The position numbers and the translations under genes are program-made. Below the pieces are notes generated by a model. The model searched no databases. It saw only the letters and a program-made list of their open reading frames with translations, and was not told the DNA's origin. From IMG/VR virus record IMGVR_UViG_3300036766_001722: DNA of 64,000 nucleotides; one strand, given 5' to 3'. Positions within the stretch are counted from its first letter, which is position 1. Each line of letters starts with the position of its first letter. Positions 35,537 through 42,989 of the stretch are shown here, piece by piece. This stretch comes from an uncultured virus (IMG/VR IMGVR_UViG_3300036766_001722) (lineage: Duplodnaviria; Heunggongvirae; Uroviricota; Caudoviricetes).

Positions 35537-36075
35537 TGGCCAAGATCGTCGCCACCATGCCCGATGTCGGTAACCCGTCGAGCGAACCCCCGCGTCGGGA
35601 ACCCGTTCCGCCGGGCGACTACGCCGTGATGCTGGCCGCCGTGAAGGACGGCTTCAAGGAAGGCGTGAGCCCGCCCATCGCCACGGTGACGTTGGAGTTC
35701 CAGGTCTTGCACCTGATTCTCGCCGACGCGAGCACGGACGACAAGCTCAAGGGTCGACGTGTCTGGCAGCAGTACGTGTGCGCCGAGGATCCCAGCGTCG
35801 ATTCCGGGATCAACGCGCTACGCGGCTACGAGCTGAAGCAGATGATCGCCGCCACGCGCACGCCGCACGAGATCCTCGGCCCGAACTCCATCAGCTTCGA
35901 CACCGACGACATCGTGAAGAACGCGCCAATACTGAAGATCACCGTGGTGAACAAGACGAAGACCTTCGACGACGGCGTCGAGATGGACGGCAAGAAGAAG
36001 ACCAAGGAGCGGACGTTCTCGAACGTGCAGCGCATCGACACCGCGGAGAAGCTCGACGACGAAGCGGTCGTCTGA
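35536..36075 (+). CDS. Putative single-stranded DNA-binding protein (DUF669-like)
   Basis: PVPPGDYAV...LEFQV...KGRRVW; acidic C-terminus. Confidence 0.6.
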   Translation: MAKIVATMPDVGNPSSEPPRREPVPPGDYAVMLAAVKDGFKEGVSPPIATVTLEFQVLHLILADASTDDKLKGRRVWQQYVCAEDPSVDSGINALRGYELKQMIAATRTPHEILGPNSISFDTDDIVKNAPILKITVVNKTKTFDDGVEMDGKKKTKERTFSNVQRIDTAEKLDDEAVV

Positions 36076-36084
36076 TCTGCCGGC

Positions 36085-39000
36085 ATGCCTGCTGACAACC
36101 GGATCTGGATGCCGTTCCCCGACGGCACCTCCTGGACGCGTCAGCCCGGGCCGCACGGAGACTTCCTGCATGTCTCCGTGATCGGCGTCGGGCCATCCGT
36201 GGACCGCCCGGCGTCCGTGCCACAGCGCATCGAGCCTCAGACCGCACAGCCCGTCTGCCGGTTCCCCCTGCACAACTTCCAGAACGAAGCCGTGCTCGCG
36301 TGCGAGAAGATGTACATCGAGAAGAGCAGCCGTGCGCCACTCGTCGTCCTTCCGACGGGATGCCACCGCGCCGGACAACACCTGCTGATGTACGACGGGT
36401 CCACCAAGGCCGTCGAAGACGTCGTCTCTGGCGATATGCTCATGGGCCCCGACTCGTCTCCCCGCACCGTCCTTTCGCTGTGCCGGGGGCACGGGCACAT
36501 GGTGACGATCAAGCCCGTGAAGGGCGACCCGTGGACGGTCAACGAAGATCACATCCTGACAATCGTGCTCACTCCTGACAGCGACTCACCGGCATCCGTG
36601 CACGACATCGCGATCAGAGACTACGAACACGAGACGAAGACATTTCGGCACCGTGCAAAGCTGTTTCGCCCGGCCGTCGTTCATTTCCCTCCGCTAAACT
36701 CGCCCCCGCTCGATCCGTACTTTTTGGGTCTGTACCTGGCGGATGGCACGCTGGCGGTGCCCCAGGTCGCAGTCAGTAAGCCTGACGCCGAAGTCCGCCA
36801 GGAGTGCGAACGCCAAGCCTCCCTCTATGGGATGTCCGTACGCCAAACCATATCGCCTCGCGGCGGCTGCCCCACCTGGCATATCCGTGTTCGGCGCGGA
36901 TCCGGCCGCAACCCGATTCTTGACATTCTTCGCAACCTCAACCTGATGCCGTGCGCAAGCGAAGCGCGATTCGTACCGGACTGCTATCGCCTTGGTTCTG
37001 TCACGACGCGCAGCTCATGCCTCGCGGGCATTCTCGATGGAGACGGCCATCTCAGTGGCGGTGGATACGACTTCATCTCCAAGTCGCACCGCCTAGCCAC
37101 GGACGTGACCTTTCTTGCTCGCAGCCTTGGCTACGCCGCTTTCATGTCTGCCTGCATCAAGCACTGCCAAAACAGCTTCACCGGCTCTTACTGGCGCGTA
37201 TCCATTAGCGGCGACCTGTCCAGGCTTCCGATGCGCATTCCGCGTAAGAAGGCCGCGCCTCGGCAACAGAAAAAGAACCACCTGCGCACAGGCTTCGCCG
37301 CTGAACGCACCGGAACCGTCGAGCCATATTTCGGCTTCACGCTCGATGGTGACGGACGTTACCTCCTCGGCGACTTCACGGTTACCCACAACACCGGAAA
37401 GACGCTCGTGGCCAGCGCGCTGATGCAGCGCTCGATGTCGTGGACGTTCCGTCCCTACAAGGACGCGCGCCAGTCGGGTGCGCTCTTCATCACGCATCGG
37501 CGCGAGCTGATCAAGCAGACCGTCGAGAAGGTCAGGCTCGTCGCCGAGGAGCTGCGTGTCGGCGTCGTGCAGGGAGAACGCAACGAGCTGGGCTGCCACG
37601 TCACCGTCGCAAGCATCTCGACGCTCTCTGCGGGGCGACGGCTCGAGGGCATCATCGATGCTGGCCCGTACCACTTGATCGTCATCGACGAGGCGCACCA
37701 CGCCGTCGCGAAGACCTGGCGCAAGGTGCTCGACCGGCTGCGTGCTGCCTTCCCCGAGGCGTTCCTCTTCGGCATGACCGCGACCCCTGGGCGAGCAGAC
37801 GGCACCGCTCTCGACCTCGTCTTCGACTCCGTCGCCTACGAGAAGTCCTTGGAGTGGGCGGTGAACCACGGGTACCTCGTGCCGCCGCGAGGGAAGGTCA
37901 TCCCGCTCAAGGTCGACCTCGACAAGGTAGAGAGCCAGAACGGCGACTTCGTCACGGCGAAGCTCAGCAAGGTCATGAACACCGAACCGGTGAACAAGGC
38001 CGTGGTCCGTGGCTGGCAGGAGTACGGCAACGACGCCAAGATGCTCGCGTTCTGCGTCGACGTCGCGCACTCCTACGCGCTCGCGCAGATGTTCTGCGAC
38101 GAGGGCTACCCCGCGATCGCTGTGGACGGCAAGACGAAGCCGGCCGCTCGCGAGAAAGCGCTCGCCGACTTCCGTAGCGGAGCTATCCGCATCTTGGCTA
38201 GTGCGGACCTGTTTTCTGAAGGCTATGACGACCCCTCCGCCGAAGGCATTCTTCTCGCTCGGCCCACGCTGTCACAGGGACTGCTGATTCAGCAGATCGG
38301 GCGCGGCCTCCGCAGGTTCCCCCTCAAGACCGAATGCCTCGTGCTCGACTGCGTGGGGAACACCTCGCGTCACCAGCTCGCGCAGCTCGCCACGATCGCC
38401 GGGCTCGATCCGGAGAAGAAGATCGCCGCCTCGTCCAGCGGGCAGGTCCCGCCGTGGATGTTGCCGCCTCAAGAGCCGGACCCGGTCGTCAACGACGCAA
38501 CCGTGGGCCCCGCACGCGACGTGCAGCTCATCGGTGCCCTCTCCGCAACGAAGTACCAGTGGCGGCAGACGACCGCTGGCTTCGCACTCCGCATCCCGCG
38601 CGTCGGGTACTACCTCGTCGTGCCCGACGACGATCTCCCGACGAAGGCCCACGTCCGCTTCTTCGACCGACGCAAGGATCGAGAGCACGGGACACCGCGG
38701 CACGTGATGGGCCCGATCGAGATGGAGATGGCCTACACGCTCGTAGAGGCCGATCTCGACCGACTTCGTCGCGCCACGAACGACTCGTACTGGACGAAAG
38801 ACCGGGGTGGACCGCAGGACGGCGAAGCCGTGCCGCTGCCCACCGGGCTCATCGACTTCGGAGACGGCGTCGACTTCGTGCCCGACGAGTGGCTGCTCAA
38901 GGAGCAGTCCTGGCACGACCAACCGGCAACTCCGAAGCAGATCGAACTGCTCCGCAAGCTCGGCGTAAAGATGAAGTCGATGCCCGACACGTCCGGCGAA

Positions 39001-39258
39001 GCGTCCGAGTTGATCGACGTGTTGCAGATCGAGAAGGACATCCGCAACAGCCAGCCAGCCACCGGGCCGCAGAAGTGGTACATCCGCCAGAATCGGCTGC
39101 CGCTCCCGAGAGGGACGTCGATCGAAACGGTCACGCGCTCCCAAGCGAGCCGGATGATCGTCAGCCACAAGATCCAAGCCCACAAGAAGCCGAAGCCGAC
39201 CGACATGGCGATGGAAGGCGAGCAGCTCTCCATGCCGGACATGGAGGAACCGTCATGA
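36085..39258 (+). CDS. Superfamily 2 (DEAH/ResIII-like) helicase containing an intein
   Basis: Walker A LPTG|TGKT split by the intein; IDEAHH, GMTATP, SEGYD, QQIGRGLR. Confidence 0.9.
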   Translation: MPADNRIWMPFPDGTSWTRQPGPHGDFLHVSVIGVGPSVDRPASVPQRIEPQTAQPVCRFPLHNFQNEAVLACEKMYIEKSSRAPLVVLPTGCHRAGQHLLMYDGSTKAVEDVVSGDMLMGPDSSPRTVLSLCRGHGHMVTIKPVKGDPWTVNEDHILTIVLTPDSDSPASVHDIAIRDYEHETKTFRHRAKLFRPAVVHFPPLNSPPLDPYFLGLYLADGTLAVPQVAVSKPDAEVRQECERQASLYGMSVRQTISPRGGCPTWHIRVRRGSGRNPILDILRNLNLMPCASEARFVPDCYRLGSVTTRSSCLAGILDGDGHLSGGGYDFISKSHRLATDVTFLARSLGYAAFMSACIKHCQNSFTGSYWRVSISGDLSRLPMRIPRKKAAPRQQKKNHLRTGFAAERTGTVEPYFGFTLDGDGRYLLGDFTVTHNTGKTLVASALMQRSMSWTFRPYKDARQSGALFITHRRELIKQTVEKVRLVAEELRVGVVQGERNELGCHVTVASISTLSAGRRLEGIIDAGPYHLIVIDEAHHAVAKTWRKVLDRLRAAFPEAFLFGMTATPGRADGTALDLVFDSVAYEKSLEWAVNHGYLVPPRGKVIPLKVDLDKVESQNGDFVTAKLSKVMNTEPVNKAVVRGWQEYGNDAKMLAFCVDVAHSYALAQMFCDEGYPAIAVDGKTKPAAREKALADFRSGAIRILASADLFSEGYDDPSAEGILLARPTLSQGLLIQQIGRGLRRFPLKTECLVLDCVGNTSRHQLAQLATIAGLDPEKKIAASSSGQVPPWMLPPQEPDPVVNDATVGPARDVQLIGALSATKYQWRQTTAGFALRIPRVGYYLVVPDDDLPTKAHVRFFDRRKDREHGTPRHVMGPIEMEMAYTLVEADLDRLRRATNDSYWTKDRGGPQDGEAVPLPTGLIDFGDGVDFVPDEWLLKEQSWHDQPATPKQIELLRKLGVKMKSMPDTSGEASELIDVLQIEKDIRNSQPATGPQKWYIRQNRLPLPRGTSIETVTRSQASRMIVSHKIQAHKKPKPTDMAMEGEQLSMPDMEEPS
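36361..37392 (+). mobile_element. Intein with LAGLIDADG homing endonuclease (344 aa)
   Basis: Starts CHRAGQHLLMYDG; block B VNEDHIL; LGLYLADG and LAGILDGDG; ends DFTVTHN followed by Thr. Confidence 0.92.
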
Positions 39259-40058
39259 GCGACAACTGGATCGTCACCGCATCCGGCAGGCAGTTCGACT
39301 ACGAGCACCCGGAACTCGGGCTCGACATCCGCGACATCGCGACGTCGCTCGCCAGCACGTGTCGCTTCGGCGGACACGTGACCAGGTACTACAGCGTCGC
39401 GCGCCATTCGATCCACGTCTCGCTCCTCGTTCCGACGCGTTATGCGATGTACGGGCTCCTGCACGACGCAGCCGAGGCGTATGTCGGCGACGTCGTGCGT
39501 CCGCTCAAGAATCTGCTGCCGTCGCTGCGTCCCATCGAGAAGCGCATCGAGAGGGCGATCTTCGAACGCTTCACCGGCGCTCCGATGCCCGAAGAAGCCC
39601 AGCGACCCGTCAAGCTCGCCGACCTCATTGCGCTCGCCACCGAACGTCGCGACGTCGTCTGCGACAAGACCGGTCTGCCGTGGTTCTTTGACGGCACCGG
39701 TATCGAGCCGTCTCCGACGCCCGTCGCGCCGTCAGATCCCGGCCGCGACATGCTCGACTTCCTCGCCCGCTTCGAGCAACTCGGAGGAGCAGTCGCGGCA
39801 GAACAGCACGAGCTGAAGTGCTGGCCTGCTCCGTTCCAAGCGATGCGCAACGAGACCAAGCCGTACGAGATCCGCCGCAGCGACCGCTGCTTCCGGGTTG
39901 GCGACTCGCTGTTCCTCCGTGAGTGGATGCCACAGACCGGCCAGTACACCGGACGCTCACTCACGCGCGAGGTGACCTACATCTCCGGGCCGAGCGAATG
40001 GGGGCTACCCGCCAATCTCGTCGTGATGGGCGTCCGAGCGGTACCCGTCGATGGCTAG
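39255..40058 (+). CDS. HD-domain phosphohydrolase (YfbR-like) fused to a DUF3850/ASCH-like domain
   Basis: RFGGH...YSVARHS...LLHDAAEAYVGD...ADL; C-terminal HELKCWP...EIRRSDR.FRVGD.L.LREW. Confidence 0.85.
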   Translation: MSDNWIVTASGRQFDYEHPELGLDIRDIATSLASTCRFGGHVTRYYSVARHSIHVSLLVPTRYAMYGLLHDAAEAYVGDVVRPLKNLLPSLRPIEKRIERAIFERFTGAPMPEEAQRPVKLADLIALATERRDVVCDKTGLPWFFDGTGIEPSPTPVAPSDPGRDMLDFLARFEQLGGAVAAEQHELKCWPAPFQAMRNETKPYEIRRSDRCFRVGDSLFLREWMPQTGQYTGRSLTREVTYISGPSEWGLPANLVVMGVRAVPVDG

Positions 40059-40599
40059 CGTCCCTCTTCCAAAAGGTCGCATCGCCAGCCTTCGCGAACG
40101 CCTCACCTGGCACCGCCGGTTCACGCTGTCTTCGGCCGCGCCGTGGAGCGCAATGTCTGCTTTCGACCAATGCTACTCGCACGACATTATCATCACAACC
40201 GCCGAGGCCTCCGGCGTCGACCTCGTCCGGGCCAACGACATCCAGCTTTCTGTCGTTCTCTCGCAAAAGACCGTCCACAGTCTCCCGCTGTCTACGGTCT
40301 GCGTAGCCGACTCCGTCCTCGAGGCGCGCGTTTCCGAGATTGAGAAGATCATCGCAGCACTGCTCGACGCTAACGCCACCGCGATTGCGCAGATCGCGGC
40401 AGTGTTCGGTGCGAAGCGCGACCACGTCGACCACCGAACGCTCCCCGTGGGGGTCCATGTGCAGCGCGGCGAACTGTACGGCGTACGACTAGACGTGTAC
40501 GAAACGTCACAGACTGCTGGCCCGTATCGAAGCGCAGCGCTTCCTCCGGAAACCATCAACGTCGACCTCTTCGGCATCGACAGCCGAGACGTGAAGTAG
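40051..40599 (+). CDS. Hypothetical protein
   Basis: 182 aa filling the gap between coupled genes. Confidence 0.5.
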   Translation: MASVPLPKGRIASLRERLTWHRRFTLSSAAPWSAMSAFDQCYSHDIIITTAEASGVDLVRANDIQLSVVLSQKTVHSLPLSTVCVADSVLEARVSEIEKIIAALLDANATAIAQIAAVFGAKRDHVDHRTLPVGVHVQRGELYGVRLDVYETSQTAGPYRSAALPPETINVDLFGIDSRDVK

Positions 40600-40602
40600 C
40601 TC

Positions 40603-41271
40603 ATGCACTACCTCGCCCGTGACCTCTGCCCGTGGTGGGAGCATCCGATCACCGTCGTCGACTGCGAGACGACCGGCGTGGATCACGAGCAGCATCGCAT
40701 CATCGAGGTAGGCGCCGTCCGCTTTGAGCGAGGTCAGCCTGTGCGCTCTTACTCGTCGCTCGTCGGAAGCGTGACCGAGGTCAGCGAGGAGATCACTGGC
40801 ATCACCGGCATCCGCTCGGCCGACCTGATCGGCGCGCCTCCGTTCTACCTGGTCGTGCCGCACCTCTACTCGCTCGCGCACGGCTCATGCGTCGCCGCGT
40901 ACAACGCGGACTTCGACCAGAAGTTCTTCCTGATGGAGCTGCAGCGTTCCGGACTCGACCTTGCTGGCCCGCTCTTCGATTCCGATGCCGCGTGGCTCGA
41001 CCCTCTCGTCTGGGTCCGCCACTTCGAGCGGTACGCGAAGGGCAAGGGACGGCACAAGCTGGCGGCGGTATGCGAGCGGAGAGGCGTCGCACTCGACGGC
41101 GCACACCGCGCCGCGGCGGACGCTGAGGCCGCAGGGCGGGTGCTCTACACGTTCACCGCGCAGGTCGGCGGACTGACGCTTCCCGAGATCCTCCTCCGGC
41201 AGCGGCAGCACGCCGTAGCCCAGGAACGCGAGTACCAGGAGTGGCGCGCGAGGAAAGACGCCGCGCCGTAA
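40603..41271 (+). CDS. DEDDh 3'-5' exonuclease (DnaQ-like)
   Basis: VDCETTG, AYNADFD, HRAAADA. Confidence 0.9.
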   Translation: MHYLARDLCPWWEHPITVVDCETTGVDHEQHRIIEVGAVRFERGQPVRSYSSLVGSVTEVSEEITGITGIRSADLIGAPPFYLVVPHLYSLAHGSCVAAYNADFDQKFFLMELQRSGLDLAGPLFDSDAAWLDPLVWVRHFERYAKGKGRHKLAAVCERRGVALDGAHRAAADAEAAGRVLYTFTAQVGGLTLPEILLRQRQHAVAQEREYQEWRARKDAAP

Positions 41272-41278
41272 GCGTGCT

Positions 41279-41293
41279 ACAACATGTCGGACA
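41279..41293. promoter_or_regulatory. Operator copy (ACAACATGTCGGACA)
   Basis: Followed by CCATG, as at 53828; suggests the next gene starts at 41296. Confidence 0.6.
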
Positions 41294-41295
41294 CC

Positions 41296-41517
41296 ATGTC
41301 AGAGGCCGATGACATCGTCGCCGCGGTCCTTGGGGCGGAGGGCTTTCAATGCGACCGCTGCCATCGCTCGGCGCACGTACTCAACGGGTGGTTGGTCTTC
41401 CGCGATGAACCTGTCGAGCTGTTCGGGGAGTGCTGCTCCATGGACTGCGCGAACGCGATGATCGCTGCGCAACCGAACCCGGGGCAATGCTGGTGGGTCC
41501 CTCCTTCTACCCGATGA
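41296..41517 (+). CDS. Small zinc-finger protein
   Basis: CDRC...CSMDC. Confidence 0.55.
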   Translation: MSEADDIVAAVLGAEGFQCDRCHRSAHVLNGWLVFRDEPVELFGECCSMDCANAMIAAQPNPGQCWWVPPSTR

Positions 41518-42671
41518 CGCTGACCACCGACGAGAAGGCCGCTCTCCTGATGGAGCTGACCCGTGGACCTGCTGCGGTCTACGCGCTGCGTTCGACGCGC
41601 ACTGATCAGGAAGAGTTCTGGCGACCGGTGTACGCGCCGCTCTCGACGCAGGTCGTGAAGATGCACCTCTCCGGGAGGGTGGAGATCGGAAACTACGCGC
41701 TCCTCCCCGAGCGGCCGATGCCGAAGACGTGCTGGGTCGCCGCGGACTTCGACGGGAAGAAGCCAGGCGTCGAATGGAAGAACGACGTGAAGCGCGCAAC
41801 TCAGTTCCTCGTCTCGTCGGGCGCGAACGTCTTCGTGAACCTGTCGCGTTCTGCGAAGGGCGCGCACGTGCGCGTGCTCTTCAAGGAGCCGGTCCCCGCG
41901 TGGCTAGCTCGGCGCTGGATGATGGCGTGGCTCGAGGAAGCGGAGGTTGTGCTCAAAGATCCCGAGACGTGGGACAAGGCGCCGCCGAGCTTCGACCTCC
42001 TCGTCCCTCGTCAAGACGTGCTCTCGACGGTCGGCACCGCCGGTGGCAACCCGAACCCGGGCAACCTTGTCGGCGCTCCCCTGAGCGGAACGCGTGTGAC
42101 GAAGTTTGGCGGCGGCACGTTGCCGCTCTGCCTCGAAGACGTGCTCGACGGGCGATTCGAGCCCGACGGCCGTCACTGGGAACACGTCCAGCGTGCTCTC
42201 GACAGACGCGCATGGGGAGAGGCCGAGCTGCGCCAGGCGCTACGCGACGCGCCGGGCGACATCGACACGGCCACGCCTGACAGTTCCCGCTACTACGACG
42301 CCGAAGGGAAGCTACGCCTGCCGATGATGAGCGGCGGCTCCGCCGAGCTGAACTTCGTCGTGCAGCAGTGCCGCTTCTTCGAGTACATGCGTGCGTCCGA
42401 CCAGCCCTACCACCTGTGGGTCGCGATGGCGTCGCAGCTTCACGCGTTCGGCGAGGCGGGGCGCGAGATGTTCCACGAAATCTCCGCCCTCGATCCGCGG
42501 TACGACTCCGACGCCGTCGAGCAGAAGTGGAACCACACGGCGACCATGCACCCGGTACGCTGCGACACGCTCGTCCAGTGGGGCTACCGTTGCCGGCACC
42601 TCGACGACAACCGCTGTGGCACGACGGTGCCGGCTAACCTGGCCCGTGCATCACGGTGCGAGCTGGTTTGA
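41514..42671 (+). CDS. Archaeo-eukaryotic primase (TOTE-primase-like) with PriCT-like C-terminus
   Basis: HLSG...IGNYALL...CWVAADFD...SRSAKGAHV; C-terminal YHLWVAMA...F...S...Y......KW and Cys cluster. Confidence 0.8.
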   Translation: MTLTTDEKAALLMELTRGPAAVYALRSTRTDQEEFWRPVYAPLSTQVVKMHLSGRVEIGNYALLPERPMPKTCWVAADFDGKKPGVEWKNDVKRATQFLVSSGANVFVNLSRSAKGAHVRVLFKEPVPAWLARRWMMAWLEEAEVVLKDPETWDKAPPSFDLLVPRQDVLSTVGTAGGNPNPGNLVGAPLSGTRVTKFGGGTLPLCLEDVLDGRFEPDGRHWEHVQRALDRRAWGEAELRQALRDAPGDIDTATPDSSRYYDAEGKLRLPMMSGGSAELNFVVQQCRFFEYMRASDQPYHLWVAMASQLHAFGEAGREMFHEISALDPRYDSDAVEQKWNHTATMHPVRCDTLVQWGYRCRHLDDNRCGTTVPANLARASRCELV

Positions 42672-42684
42672 CAACCTGTCCGAC
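42668..42684. promoter_or_regulatory. Operator copy overlapping TTGACA
   Basis: TTGACAACCTGTCCGAC at the primase stop codon. Confidence 0.65.
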
Positions 42685-42989
42685 GCCACGCCGTGAACGA
42701 CGCATCGCGGATTTTTCATCAGAACTACGAGCCGGTCTTCAGTTGCAAGGTCGCCCTGTTACGGGTCGTACTTGCGGCGATCTCGTCGATCTTACGCCGA
42801 ACGCTTCTTGACGACCGAGTGAACCCGTGGCCTAGTGGCCGTCCGTCTGGCGGTTGGTCCGTCGGACAAACAACGGCGGCCCCGAGATTGTCGTCTCGGA
42901 GCCGCGTGTGGTCGTGCAGTTCGTGCTGCCGTGTCCGACACGTACTCTAACCCCACGTCCCTGCGCTGTCCAGCCCTCATCCGGAGGGA

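Noticed and set aside
39255..42671. 2-aminoadenine (dZ) genome pathway
   Set aside because: An HD hydrolase is present but no purZ or mazZ is seen in the window.
42820..42900. tRNA-like start (TGGCCTAGTGG)
   Set aside because: No T-loop consensus, acceptor stem or CCA.
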